A DNA stretch of 64,000 nucleotides from the human T2T-CHM13v2.0 reference genome, Homo sapiens. The notes below the pieces were generated by a model that saw only the letters and a program-made list of their open reading frames with translations, ran no database searches and had not been told where the DNA came from. The DNA lies in NCBI RefSeq assembly GCF_009914755.1, contig NC_060926.1; one strand, written 5' to 3'. The first letter of the stretch is position 1; every line of letters starts with the position of its first letter. The translations under genes were made by a program, and so were the position numbers. Of this stretch, positions 45,541 to 61,004 are shown in pieces.

Positions 45541-46359
45541 TAGAGGTAGGGAGAGAACATTGAGAGGAAGCTCACCAAGACATGAACAGTAGTTATTTCT
45601 GGATGGGCTTTTATTTCCTCTTACTAGTTTCTATCACTTTATAGTGTTTCTATGATAAGCATGCTTTGCTACTGTCATAAGAAAATTAAATAATAAAATG
45701 TTCCTTTATTCTAATGATGGCACTTCAGAAAATGCTACCAATGAAGTAAATTTGAAGTCAGGATTATGAAAGTAAATGAATTGGAACAGGTGGGTGAGTA
45801 GCCGGGACGACCCATTTCTCACAGGGAATGTGCACAGCAGGGAGCCCCATGCACTGCATGAAGTGTGTTTGGCAGCCACAGAGGACAGGCTTAGCAGCTC
45901 CGTGGTGGATTTCACTCAGTGGCAGCAACACTTGACCACCAACAACTATGGCAAGGCAGCTTTGCCATCCTGATAGTTTTTGACACTAATTTCTACTGAG
46001 TTTCCTCAAAGAATGTTTCACAGAAAACTAGTTCTCAAAATATTCGTAGGTAGAATTCTATTAAATTAAACAAAACTAGCACAATTATTTATAGAAGAAC
46101 ATACCAAAGCATTTATTATTCTATGATACAATGAAAACAGAGAGTACAGTGTTTCCCTAATTGGAGAAAAAGTAATTCTCCCTGCTTTTCCTTTCTTTCC
46201 TTCTTCCTTTATTCTTTCTTCCTTTTTCTCTTTCTCTCTCCAGTGGGGACAAGAGAATTTCATGGAATGGGTGTCATTTGGTACATACTTGGAGAGCTGT
46301 TACTCTGCCAGATGTCACACCAATTGTTTATGGGCTATGATTTATTGTGTTTGTCAATA

Positions 46360-46441
46360 TAGCTCTCAGTATTCCTACCACCAAGCACAGCAGCTAGCAC
46401 ATAGAAGGCTCTCAATAAATACTTGTTAAATAAGTGAATGA
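46360..46441 (+). mobile_element. L2 3' tail (host of the RPL7 retrocopy)
   Basis: 'agcacagcagctagcacatagaaggctctcaataaatacttgttaaataagtgaatga', continuing as 'ttgaat' after the insert. Confidence 0.7.
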
Positions 46442-47304
<863 letters not shown>

Positions 47305-49427
47305 AAATAAGTGAATGATTGAATTTCATTAAGAAAAAATGAATTACTACAAAACTCTGTACTTTCTTATCTCACCTAGATTTGACTTGCACTTTCCTAC
47401 AGAGAAAAGAAGTCACCCAGGTTCACAATGAGCAGCCCAACTTGGACAATTTACCAAAGCACAGAAGAATTCAAAATCTAGATCTTCTCACCAGGACTCT
47501 CTCCAGTGGCTGTCCTACTTGCAAATGTAATCATCCTCCCAGAGGAGAGTCAGGCACAAACCAGGGAGTGAGTTTGTTGTTCATCTTGCAACACCTCTTT
47601 CAATGAATCTAACTTGCTTCACAAGAGTCCATTGGGAATGGCCCCCCAAAAAAACAGTCGCTTGGATTATTTAAGTGAACACGTGACAGTCAATGCAATA
47701 AGGCCTTGCCCTCCCCACTTCCCCATCAATATTTATCAAGGACATGGTTTTTCCAAGGGAGAAAGGAGCATAGTCTTGTAACAGCTGTTCCAGAGAACAG
47801 ACCGTACATGGATTAAAACTAACTCAAGTCAAGAAGAAATTATGTACAGTCTTATAAAAGAGAGATGCGTCTTGAGCTGAGAAAGTGCATGTTCCCTTAA
47901 ATATTTTCCTGCCCCCACATGCTTAGCCCCTTCAGTACTTGGTGTCCCTACCTTCTGCCAGCTTCTGACCCTGAGGAATGATCAAACCTCGTTTTTCTAG
48001 GAACTGAAGGAGCTCTTTAGCCCCTCAAAATACATCAAAGGAAGACTCAATGCAGCCAAAATTCAAGCCTAAATTTTGAAATACAAATATTTGAACTGAT
48101 CATGATGTCCACGTCCTACACAAATAAAACTTTCTTTTAGAAAAGAAACCCCTGCTGGTTGTGCTGTAATTATTTTAGGCAGAATGCTTTTAAGTCTAAA
48201 GCCATTTTAAACTCTCAAAACTTTATACATCCAAGGAAAGCAAACTGAAAGTGAGCATCACTAAGTTTACTCTTATTTCTAAGATTAATCTCAACCTCCC
48301 TGGATTTCAACACTCACGCCGTTGTCCAGACTACTAGATGCAGCTGCAACTAGGGATTTCTTAAGTCACATAGGGAACCTGGACTAAATTAATCTGGAAG
48401 GATATGTGCCATTCCTAAGTTTGCGATTTCCTTCACTATGTTTAAAAAAGGGTTATTAGGTACTAATGCTGCACAGATTTTCTAAATACTCTATTTGCCA
48501 GTGGCAGAGCCAGATGTGGACCACATTAGGAGAGACATGCGTGACAGCGTTTTGCTAAATGTCCGTGATGAATTTTAACTTGCAAAGGGGAAAATTATAG
48601 CTGTGTGGTGCCAGGATAATTTCCTCCAAATACCACTCCCATCAGGTCATTTTCTCCTGTGACTCACCAGCTCCTTTTGAGGAAAGCGTAAAGTCTGGCA
48701 TTAGAGGCCTCAGTCATCTTCTCTTCCTCCAGACTATCCCAAAGGATCCCTGTATGCCAGGACCACCTCTTGACTCTCCTTCTGCGTATTTTGCTTGGGT
48801 GGCTCCCTCTGTCTGGAATACATAGCTCTTACACCCTTCAAAACCTGGCTCGAATCTCATCATTTTCAAGGAGGCTTCCCTCCCCAGCCTCCCTCCACTG
48901 ATTATTCTCCTGTATTTGGCATTCACTGCAGGTATCCATAGTTGTCTCTATGACTGTTGGTGGTGGCCACTGGAAAGCTCAGCATCGAATGTGAGGCCCC
49001 ATAAAGCAAGTGTAGGGAGCAGCCTCCCTGGGGGCATTTGCACACTTTCCCCTTCCCCCTTCACCGTATGTCCCATCCTTGATTTTGCTTTGCTTTTTCA
49101 TCCGCTTTGTTGTCTTGATTTATTTTTAAGTGATATCTTAAGTCCTTTCTGAATAAGAATAGAGTGAACATGCGAGTCTTTGGACTACGTTGGCATGTGT
49201 TTTTTTCCCAGCACATGTTCTCTGTGAATGTCTGAGCTTCCACTACTTCATATGCTCCTCTAAGAAAAAAATAATCATCTCAGAAGCAAGATGTCTTCCT
49301 CTGTTCTAATTTCTGGAACTAACATTTTTTGTTTTTCCTTTGATTAAAAGAGTATGTGTGCAAGACCCCTTATGTAATGTCACCTACAACCCAGAATTAT
49401 CATCCCATGTTACACATGAAGAAGCAC

Positions 49428-50350
49428 ATAATCAAAAGACTAAACAGACAACCCATAGACTGGGAGAAAATAGTCGCAAACTATGCATCCAGTGAAGGAC
49501 AAATATCCGGAATCTATAAGGAACTCAAACAAATCAGCAAGAAAAAAACAAATAATCCCATCAAAAAGTGGGCAAAGAACATGAATAGGCAATTCTCAAA
49601 AAATATACATGAACAGCCAACAAACATATGAAAAAAAAATGTTCAACATCACCTTACTCCTGCAAGAATGTCCATAATTAAGAAGTCGAAAAACAACAGA
49701 TGTTGGCATGAATGTGGTGTAAAGGGAACACTTTTACACTGCTAGTGGCAATGTAAATTACCACAACCACTACGGAAAACAGTATGGAGATTCCTTAAAG
49801 AACTAAAAGTAGAAGTACCATTCGATCTAGCAATCCCACTACTGGGTATCTACCCAAAGGAAAAGAAGTCATTATATGAAAAAGACACATGCACATATGT
49901 GTTTATGGCAGCACAATTCACAATTGCAAAGATATGGAACCAACCTAAGTGCCCATCAATCAACAAGTGGTTAAAGAAAATGTGGTATATATACAACATG
50001 GAATACTACTCAGCCATAAAAAGGAACAAAATAATGCCTTTTGCAGCAACTTGGAAGGAGCTGGAGGTCATTATTCTAAGTGAAGTAACTCAGGAATGGA
50101 AAACCAAATATAATATATTCTCATAAGTGGGAGTTACACTATGAGGATGCAAAGGCATAAGAACAATATAATGGACTTTGGGGATTCTGGGGGAAGGGTG
50201 GTAGGGGCGTGAGGGATAAAAGACTACATATTGAGTACAGCGTACACTCCTTGGGTGACAGGTGCATCAAAATCTCAGAAATCACCACTAAAGAACTTAT
50301 CCATGTAACCAAAAACTGTACCCCAACTATTGAAATAAAAATAAAAATTA
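49428..50350 (+). mobile_element. L1PB-type 3' end inserted in a MIR
   Basis: 'ggagattccttaaagaactaaaagtaga...gaaaagaagtcattatatgaaaaagacac...aatctcagaaatcaccactaaagaacttatccatgtaacc'. MIR halves at ~49395-49427 and ~50360-50440. Confidence 0.9.
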
Positions 50351-51047
50351 TTTAAAAAATACTAAATGGTTGACCCAAAGTCACCCAGCTTATACGGCAG
50401 AGTCAAGACTTGAACCCAGGCCAACCTAACTCAAAATGCCTTGACTCTGTATTCTCTAAAAGCGTCTAGCACCAAAACACACACCATGAAGTGTCTAGCA
50501 CCATAACAGGCACTCATTCATTATTGAAGTATGACCCAAAACATTTGGTACAGAATTGAATAAAACCATGAAGGCAAAGCTATTGAAAATTGAGCTTGCA
50601 AAATTGGTAGAATTGGCTTCATGAAAAACTGAGGAGATTCTAATTAGGTCTATCAGAGAAAGACAACACAGATCTACAAAACATTCTGGATGTAGGTGAA
50701 CAGAATACTAGAAGAGATGCTGTGAGCTGATGTCCATGTTTGAATACAAAAGAAAAATAGATGGGCACGCTGGTTTAGATTTATAGGTCCAGGGCAAACT
50801 GATCCAACTGTGGAATCACTGAACCCCCCTTGGGTTTCAATGAGGGTACCCTTGGTAGTTACTTTCGGCCCTGAGGGGTTTGACAAAATGGGACAGACAG
50901 GGTTTTTACATCTGAAGCCAGAATACAGAATCTTTGTTCATTGAGGATCTTCATACATGTTACCTTATCTAATACTTTCCCTAACTTCCCCCAGTGTTTC
51001 ATGTTTGTTATATTTACACATGGTCTTATAACGACGTGTCTATGTCT

Positions 51048-51155
51048 ATCTTGCCACATTGCCCAGGCTGGTCTCGAGCTCCTGGGCTCAACCAGTTCTC
51101 CCACCAGAGCCTCCCAAAGTGCTGGGATTACAGGTGTGAGCCACTGCACCCGGCC
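51048..51155 (-). mobile_element. Alu left monomer (FLAM_C/AluJ fragment)
   Basis: 'gcccaggctggtctcgagctcctgggctcaa...gcctcccaaagtgctgggattacaggtgtgagccactgcacccggcc'. Confidence 0.85.
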
Positions 51156-51951
51156 TAGTTCTCAAATTATATGGAGGAACAAAGACCTAAGAGTAAATAA
51201 AGCACTCCTGAAAAGGAATATCAAGACTTATTCCAAAGCTAAAATAACAAAGACAGTGCTGTACTGGCACAGAAATAGACAAATTGCCCAATGGAACAGA
51301 CTAGAGAAACAGAGACAGAGAGAAAGAGAGAAGGGTGGGTACTTGAGGATGGAAGAGAAGGCACTGCGGATGACAAGGAAACAATGAACTCTTCAATAAA
51401 TAGTGCAAGGCCACTGGTTACCTACATGGGGGGGAAAATACTGTGACTAATCCCTGCTTTGCACCATGCAGAAGAATCAAATGCTAGCAGATTTAAGATT
51501 TAAATACACAAGGCAAAACTCTAAAACTTTTGAAGGCAACATGGGAGAATATCTTTAGAACATCAGAGAGGTGAAGGTTTCTTAAAGAAAACACAAAACT
51601 ATGAAAGAAAAATAATAAATTTGGCTACATTCAAATTAAGAACTTCTGTTTAACAGTAGACCCCATGAAGAAAGTGATCAGAAAAGCAACAATGTAGGAG
51701 AAGATATTTGCAATATATATAACCAATATAATCTACATAAAGATGATGTATTTTTTAAAATCTTTTCAAAGTTCAATAAATAAGTTAATAAATACACAGT
51801 TCACAGAGCAGAAAATATGAATAGCCCATAAATATATAAAAGAATACACAACCTCATTAGTAATCGCAGAGACACTAAGATACCAGTGGGACTTTACTTT
51901 TTACCCACTGGATTGGCACAAATTAATAAGGCTGATATTGTCAAAAACTTG

Positions 51952-52745
51952 GGCTGGGCGCAGTGGCTCAGGCCTGTAATCTCAGCACTTTGTGAGGTCA
52001 AGGCAAGTAGATCGCTTTGAGCTCATGAATTCGACACCAGCCTGGGCAATATGACGAAACCACATTTCTACAAAAAATACAAAAAACTAGTTGGGTGTGG
52101 TGGTGCACACCTGTAGTCCCAGCTACTTGGGAGACTGAGGTGGGAGGATGGCTTGAACCTGGGATGCAGAGGTGTGGGGGTTCAGTCAGGATGGTGGGAG
52201 AAATTGTAAAATTATGGGAAATAAACGCAAACCCTCTTGGAAGGCCTGGAGGTCTGCATAAAGTGTTTGGCTGAAGGCAGAATTCTCTTAAAAGCTCAGG
52301 GCATGGATACATAGGAATGTAGAGTAGTTTATCTAAATAGCTTGTTTATTCATGTGGTCCTAAGACCAACATTTGGTCAACCACAGATGCATGATTGCTC
52401 TCTACTCAGGAGGTCAGCAATGTCAATTACCCTCTAGTGGTTTTTACTCAAGACCTTTGTCATCTAATCTATACTGAATAAATGTGAGCTTCGCTGACTG
52501 AATGGAGCCATGGCTGCTACTCTTTACAGAACCTTCCTTGGTGTCTGTGAGGGGCCCAGACCCTTAGCTGGACTGACAGGCAGAGTATCTGTGTCAGTGT
52601 ACATTACTCATCCGTTGTTGGGTGAGGGTCTGCAGAACAAATGCCCGCACAGAGGTTGCAGTGAGCTGAGATCATGCCACTGTGCTCCAGCCTGGGCGAT
52701 AGAGCCACACCCTGTCTCAAAAAAAACAAAAAAAAAAAGAAAAAG
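51952..52745 (+). mobile_element. AluJ (Jb-like), split by LTR22 into 51952-52172 and 52650-52745
   Basis: AluJ features 'cagcctgggcaatatg', 'ggaggatggcttgaacc'. The right arm resumes 'gaggttgcagtgagctgagatc' after the LTR. Confidence 0.9.
52173..52649 (+). mobile_element. HERV-K(HML-5) LTR22-type solo LTR
   Basis: 477 bp TG...CA starting tgtgggggttcagtcaggatggtggg. AATAAA at 52477-52482. Perfect 6-bp TSD cagagg at 52167-52172 and 52650-52655. Confidence 0.85.
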
Positions 52746-53459
52746 AACTTGGAAAGAGTATGATTCAACTGGAATCTTTATTCACTCTTGGCAGGAGTCT
52801 AAATTGGTATAACCCCTCAGAAAAAATAAGTTAAATATATTCATATACCTTATAGCCTAGCAATCCTACCCTAGAGAAACCCTCGCACACGTGCACAAAT
52901 TCATGTGGTTGTACTTCTAAGTATAACCCTAGAGAAATTCTTGCATGTGATTTACGTATGGGAATGTTCACAGCAATATCAAAATAACAACCAGAAACAA
53001 CCCAAGTGTCCAAAGTGTTCAGAGAAAGAATAAACAATTATTTATAACTACTCACACAATAAAATGCTAGAGACAGTAGTGAAAATAATGAACTACATGC
53101 AACATGGATGAATCTTAGAAACAAAATACTGAGTGGAAAAAAAGCAAATGAAAAGAAGACTGCATGTAGCATAATACCATTCTGATAAAGTGGACACAAT
53201 CAAATAATATGTTTCTTAAGGTTATCTACATATGTGCTAAATTATTATTTTAACCAGGGCTTTATAGAAATAAAATTCGGAAAGCTGGTTACTTCTAGGG
53301 ACTTGCAGGGGATGGCATAGGAAAGGAGCCCACCAGCTACAGCAATGATATTGATCATGTTCTAGTTTAAGGACGACTCACAGGTGTTCTTCCTGTTATT
53401 ACTATGCCTCATCCCTTAACTGTGTGATACTCACATTATTTTGCATATATCAGCTATTA

Positions 53460-53843
<384 letters not shown>

Positions 53844-53994
53844 TCAAAAAAGAAAAACAAAAAGAATAAAAGGAAAAAAATCAGGTGTCCACGCTTTTCT
53901 GAGAATACAGAAACAAAAGTCTTTCAGTTACTCACAATTTTTCCATACTCACCAACACAGAATGTCAGAAGTGGACCCCAGCAAGGCCCTGTAG

Positions 53995-54110
53995 ACCCAT
54001 CACTAATTAAGTAGATGAGGAAACGGAAGCTCAGGGATAATACGTGACTGCTCCATGATCACCTGGCAGAGCCAGGAGCCAAACCCAGGTCTCCTGATAT
54101 TTCTTCTCTT
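53995..54110 (-). mobile_element. MIR fragment
   Basis: 'agatgaggaaacggaagctcaggg...tggcagagccaggagccaaacccaggtctcctga'. Confidence 0.75.
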
Positions 54111-56519
54111 AGATCAAGTCCCCAGGCAGTGGCCTTCAGTCTGGTAGATAATAAAAAGAAAACTCCAGTCTTCTTTATCTTTGTATCTCTAAGACCTAGC
54201 AAAGGGCTTAATAATTTGTTGGCCCTCAAAATGTTTTGTTTCTGAATATTATGGAATTCCCATTGGATTCGTCACAAGAAGTCCTCAAAGTGGTAAAAAT
54301 TCTCTCTTCTGGTTCGGTGGCTTCAAACCAAGAAAAGGTTCCTGGAAGCAAGACAGAAGAAACTATCGGCCATATCACTAATGGGCATTGCCAGAACTCA
54401 TATGTGTGGCCATACCGGAGGAGATCCCTGCGGCAGGCAGGGCTGCATTTTCTAGCCGGTTCCAGCAAGCCAGCCTCGCGTGACTGACTTCTTTAGTTTA
54501 AGGTGCAGAACTCAAGGGAAAGGAGCCAAACCCTATGAATGTGTCTGTACTGCCTCCAAGGCAAGGAGTGGCCAGGATCTGTGGCTTGCCTGTGGAATGA
54601 GCAGTGGAAACACTCTCTTCCATTATGTCTGCAGAATAGGCTGGCGGGTGCCACATTACGTTAGTAAGCTCCTGGCAAGGCACGTGGCTTCCATCTCACT
54701 TCATTAGCAGCTTTCCTGAACTTCAGGTTTTCCCGGTCCCTGATTCTAGGAGTTAAAGTTCCCTCTGGTACCATTATTCTTCCTCCGTGGGTTTTTCTAG
54801 ACCTCCCCCATCCCCAAGGGTCTGACGCAGGGCCCTGGTTTGTAGCTCCTATCTGGGAGAATGTGCAGCCAAGGGTCACAAAACAGACCTGGGGGACTGG
54901 CCTCCCCCGAGGGATGCTGGGTCCCAAGCGTCCAAAGGTGCCCTGATTTTCCCACCTGCAATGATCAGTAGCCAAGTTCTCTGATTTTATCTCAACTCTT
55001 TCTTGAGCGCGTTGAGATGAATTTTGAGTCTCTCCATTCATGACATGTCTCCCTTTATTCAAATCTTATTTTATATCCCGCAATAAAGTTTCTTGTATTC
55101 TTCATCAAATCTCCACATTCCTCAATAACTATATTCCCAGATGTGTTTCATTTTGGGTGACTTGGGCCAATAGTCTAATGAGGCAAAATAATGGGCTGCT
55201 TCTGTCCTGAGATGCCCGCTGGCTGGGAGCACTAATGATGACTTAAGGCCGAGATGCACCAGTTGTTTATGGACCACGGATGGCTTTTCTTCTGGGATGA
55301 AGCTCTACCTTCCTGCAGGTTGTACTAAGACCAGATGCTTGTTTGTGATTCTGGTTTGTGCAGGTCACTCCCAGGGGTCTGTGCAGTGGGAGCCTCAGCA
55401 TGGTTTCCCACATGACAGTCCTGCCAAGAGCAGGGGTGGCCACCCCAGCTGGTCACTGCACCTTGGCCCTCTGCCTACTACATGCAGAAGGGGCTGTGAG
55501 CAGGTAAGAGAAAAATGCTTTCTTCTCATCTGAGGCTCATGGGTACCTGGCTCTTGGGAGCACCAGTGGCAGGTGCAGCTCGCAGCCGACTGATGTCCTC
55601 TCCCTTCAATCCAACAAGTGCAGCTTCTGAACTTACACCTCCTCTGTGGAGCTTTCAGGATACAGAGGGCCTCTGGCTTTGAAATCAGTTTCACTTGGAT
55701 GTGTAAAGCCCAATTTATAGACTTTACTTATCTTTGTGTTGTTTTGTTAAACCGAGTTTTTAATTCCCAGAAATTGTGGGCTTCAACTTCTGTGCCTGGT
55801 TTTTCATGTTGCTGATCTTGATGGTCCACCTTTAAGACCTGCTGTCACAGGAACTGTCATCCACACACGGGACACCTGTACGTGCTAGAAGACGTCGCAC
55901 TCCGGTAGGCCCAGCAGCCTAAGTAGCTGGCAGAGGGAGGGCAAGGTCTCTGTGACTGGGGGAGGCAGACATCCAGATGCTTGTGAGGGTTCTGCCTGCC
56001 CTGCTGCCATCCCCACTTGTCTCCTTCGGGAAACCGTATTTTAAAGAAAGTAAAACAGCCTACTCCTTTTCAACTGCTGTAATGTTTCATTCCTAATCCT
56101 GCAGAAAAATTCCCTTATGTTTCACAAAAATAACATAACCTTGGCAGTGTAAAATACCAGACATCAGGGTAAAAGGTGGAAAGAGCACTGGGCATGGGTT
56201 CCAAAGAGCTGTGCTCCAGGCAGATGTTCCTGAGACAACCTACAGCATCTCAGGCAACCCAGGGTCCCCTTACACTTTGTCCCATATGATTTCACGAGAG
56301 CAGTAACACCTACATAATAATGTGGAGTGAGACCAAATGACTTGGCCAAGAGCTGTGCAAATCTTATGTATTATAGACTAATATAATACATAAGATAGCA
56401 AATAATATAGCAAATGTACCATAAATATCTCATTTCAGGACAATGATTTATTTAATGACTCCCAACACACAGAATATAAGAGAGTCTTTTAACACTAGAA
56501 AGTGACAGCAAGAAAAAAA

Positions 56520-56745
56520 CAGTAATACCAGTTCCTATTTATTGAGCACATACTACATGCCAGGCACTATGCTAAGGCCTTCACATGAAGTATTGTATTT
56601 AATCCTCAGGCAGGTAATTTTATTCACCTATTTTTTAACCAGAGGAAAGAGAAAAAATTAAGTTTAGCAAATTTTAGCAAGCTAAGTGACTTGGCCAAAG
56701 TCACTCAGCTTCTAAGTGGCAGAGCTGGGATTCAAACTCAAAGTA
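56520..56745 (-). mobile_element. MIR
   Basis: 'atttattgagcacatactacatgccaggcactatgctaagg...aagtgacttggccaaagtcactcagcttctaagtggcagagctgggattcaaactc'. Confidence 0.85.
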
Positions 56746-57157
56746 TCAAAAATTTGAGTCACGCTCCAAGAAACGTCCAAGCTATCATGAAGAATAAAAC
56801 ATAACCATGAATAAGACATAGTCACAGAAGAAGAACAAAATTCATCATATTTACAAGTCAACAACATTTTATAAGGTGTACTGTAGGCATATACCATCGA
56901 TTTATCCAATGTCAACGGAACCAGAAGAGGGGCAGAGAGAGAGAGAGAGGGATGACTGATAATTTGGAAAGACATCATGGAGAAAATGGTCTGTTACCTG
57001 TGCCTTGAAGGATGAGGAGTATTTCAACAAATGGAGGAGAGAAAAAATATGTCCCAGGCAAAGGCGGGTGAGCACGAAAGCTCGGAAACAAAGCACATGT
57101 CGGGTAACATACTTTGTGCAGCTGGAATGTAGGAAAAGTAAAAGGAGACATGGCTAA

Positions 57158-57596
57158 AAGCAGAGACTGCTAATTGTTCTCTAGTATTCATTTGTCCCTC
57201 TTCCTTTTAGTGAGAAAATCCCTCATTTTATCTTGACATGCGACTGCCCAGCAGAAGGCTACCATTCCCAGCCTCTCTTGCAGCAATGTGTGGCCACATG
57301 ACTAGGTCTGAGTGCTGGTCCTGGAGCTGAAGTGATGTGCTATGAAAGCACTGCCCCAGGACTTCCCTCTTTCCCCTTTCTCCGGGATGGAAATGGTGAC
57401 AACTAGCGCAGCTGCCTGGGACCCAGATATGGCATCCACAGGCAGAGGGTGACAAAGCTGCCCACCCACACCCGGACACTTACCTGTAGACACATGGGAA
57501 AGGAAGAAGCTTTTATCTTATTTAAGTAATGGTAATTGGGATTCTGGAACAAACTCCAGAATCACAAATATTTACTGTCTGACCCCAAATAATACA
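57158..57596 (+). mobile_element. MLT1J-type MaLR LTR
   Basis: 'gcagagactgctaattgttc...cattcccagcctctcttgcagc...gtggccacatgactag...taataca'. Confidence 0.7.
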
Positions 57597-58845
57597 GGGC
57601 CCAGTCTTATAGGGCCTTAAATTCCATGGCAATATTTGGAAAATAGTTGGCAGGCAAAAGGGTGTCTTGGTTTGAAGCATCCGTGCTCACACAAAGAGGT
57701 AGCATCACAGTTCTCTTAAAGAGCACTAATGTATTAATGGAATGCCTTTAGAGCAACTGAGTTTTAGATTATGTTAGAGCTAGAGCTTGAGGGTCAGGAA
57801 AATGTGTTTGCCAGGATCTCACAGCACAGGGTAGTACTGGTTTTATTGAGAGAACTTTGCTTTCAAAACCATAAAAAGGGAAAGGAAAGTATATGAAATA
57901 TGTGTCTGAGCAAAATTCCACAAGAAATTATTTGCCCTTGAGCTTCACTAAAGTGCTGTTCCCAGTTATTCTGGAATAGGATTAATCCAAGGTGGGCAAA
58001 GTTTAAACCAATGGTACCCAAGTAACATCCACCATTTTTCTTCTTCCATGTCAGAACACAACAACAAATTAGACTAAGAACTAAAGTAAAGCCTGTCTCA
58101 TCTATGTGCTTTTAAAAGAAATGGGTATTTCAGATAAGTTAATTTTCCAGATAGCTGAAGGTTAAGTTCCCTTCTGTTACTTTATCATTGGCCAACAACA
58201 ATTCAACTACTGCTACTGTTTTCAAGATGATTGTAAACAACTGCAAACACAGGCACTAGACTGCATGCCAGCAATCATCAGAAGATGATCCTCTGGGTAA
58301 TCAGAACCAGCATGCTTAATTTCTTTTAGATTGCCATTGTAACAGAAACACAACATTTAAGCATTTTCTAGAGAATGCAGGATAAATCCGTAGCTTTCGT
58401 GCTTGAGAAATGCAATTGTAAGCAAAAAACATTTTGAGAAATGTGGTCTATTAATTAATCACTGCTCTTTCATAAATATCACTTTATAAAATATATTCAA
58501 GACATTATTCAACATGTGTTGTATATTAAGTATTTCCACTACACAGACTTATTCCCCATGGATCTGTGCTGAGGGAGGAAAAATTTAAATGAAAAGCAAA
58601 AGTTTGTAGTTCTCAAATTGCACCTAAATCAAATAAGCAAAAAGTCGAGATACTTTCACTGGAAGATAAAACAGTCCATTGGTTTACAAAGTACTTGCAT
58701 TCTTAGAAAACTAGTGTATTTTACCACCATGTATAAAAGTATTTGTGTTTATATGTAAAATGGAGTTCACCTCTAGGTTCGGGCACTTACAAATGGTTTT
58801 GTACCCACATGAATTTGTGGTGGAACATTAAAAAGCACAGGATGG

Positions 58846-59315
<470 letters not shown>

Positions 59316-60027
59316 GTCAGAGTGCCTCGTCCAAAGCGCTGTCTTGATTCATTTCCTGAGGCATATGGCAGTGCACCTGCCGCACCTCGGCTTGGACATG
59401 TGCACTGGAAAACTGGCAAGGGGAGGTGTTCAGACAAATTGTCAGACTTGCTGCTGGCTTCAGGTTAGATGAGGCGCTGAGCCTGAGTGTCTCACGCTCT
59501 CAAGGAAAGCATTTTTTGCATCACTGAACTGATGCAAGAAAAGAGGTGGAAAGAGGAGGAAAGCATTCTCATGGTTTGGGCCTCCTCAGTCAGCCTTACC
59601 TGCTCAGGGCCCCACAGCACTGGGTAGAAGAGGTAACGACCAAGTGGATTTTAGCCACAGTGATAGTGAGCATTAGGGACACAGGCCATCACCCCCAAAA
59701 GCTCTTTTCTTTCATTGCCTAAAGGAGAGCAAGGAGTGTGGTAGGGAATTGCAACAGGCAGGTGGGGCTGGAAAGGTGGAATGTTAAATTCTCCTGAGAG
59801 AGGAGAGGGCAGAAGGCAGAAAGACAGGGACATGAGTTGCCAAATCTGAAAAAGTTTGACTGGCATCTTCAGGTGAAGGCAGGGGATGTTTTCTCTGCCC
59901 TCCTGTTTTAGGGCAGCTATAGATGGCCCAGGTTTAAAGAGTATTGTGGACAGGAAGGCAAAGGAAGGCAGGAGAGCCCTGCAAGCTGAAATCCTCCCGA
60001 AGAATGAGGTCTCCAGCTAACTGGTAA

Positions 60028-60412
60028 TGAGGTAGGAGGCAGGTTGGGCTTGACTCCCAACCAGATTTATAAGACTGGCCAAACCAGGAAGAGGTGCAGA
60101 AAGCACCTCTCCATGAGACACGCCCACCAAAGCCATGACAACTTACCATTACCATAGCAACATCCAGTAGTTACCGCCCATTTTCTAGCCATTTCTGCAT
60201 AACTTGCCCATTAAGTAGCATGTCATTAAAAGTGGGTATAAATATGATTGCAAAACTGCCCCTAGGCTGCTACTCTCTGCATGCTGTTTATGGGGCAGCC
60301 CTGCTCCACGGAAGCTGTCACACTGCCACTGCCTCAGTAAAGCTGTTTTCTTCCTCCACCTGTTCGCTCTTGAATTCCTTCCTGGGCAAAGCCAAGAACC
60401 TGCCCTGCATCA
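60028..60412 (+). mobile_element. ERV1 solo LTR (MER66-like)
   Basis: TG...CA, TATAAA at 60237, ends 'gaattccttcctgggcaaagccaagaacctgccctgcatca'. Perfect 4-bp TSD gtaa at 60024-60027 and 60413-60416. Confidence 0.85.
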
Positions 60413-60698
60413 GTAACTCTAAAAATAGCCTAGGTTAGTTGAAACCACAGCATTCCAAAGATTCGAATGATTCTAAGCTAAATGTGCAGGTCTGTACATC
60501 CTCAGGAAGGAAGGGAGATAGGCTGGGAATCTTGCAAGGAGAAATGACTAGCTGTGAGATGCCTCTGAATGTAAGGTTTTCCTTCCTGGAGTCAGTCTAG
60601 CAAGGTTCTTTAACCACTAAGAAGTAGAAGAACATCCGTGATACAGGCTCCAAGCCAAATTCGGCCTTTCCTTGCTTTGCTTTCTGAAGTTCTATCAT

Positions 60699-60815
60699 CT
60701 CTATCTCTATCTCTACCTCTACCTCTATCTATCTCTAGCTCTATCTCTACCTCTACCTCTATCTATCTCTAGCTCTGTCTCTACCTCTACCTCTATCTGT
60801 CTTTAGCTCTATCTC
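60699..60815 (+). repeat. Hexamer-derived 34-bp minisatellite, 3 copies
   Basis: Unit ctctat-ctctac-ctctac-ctctat-ctat-ctctag at 60705, 60739 and 60773. Confidence 0.9.
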
Positions 60816-61004
60816 TTGTTCTCTCTCAGCATTTTTTCAGTTATTGAAACTAGTCAGCCAAGATTTGTTTATCGTGCTTTTGGTAACGCTAGAGGAATAG
60901 AAATAGCATTATTTGCTATGGGATTATTTTTTCTCCTTATTTTCAAAGATCTGTGCACAAATTGGAAACTCTGCAAATTAATAGCTTTAAATTCCAACCT
61001 GTAA

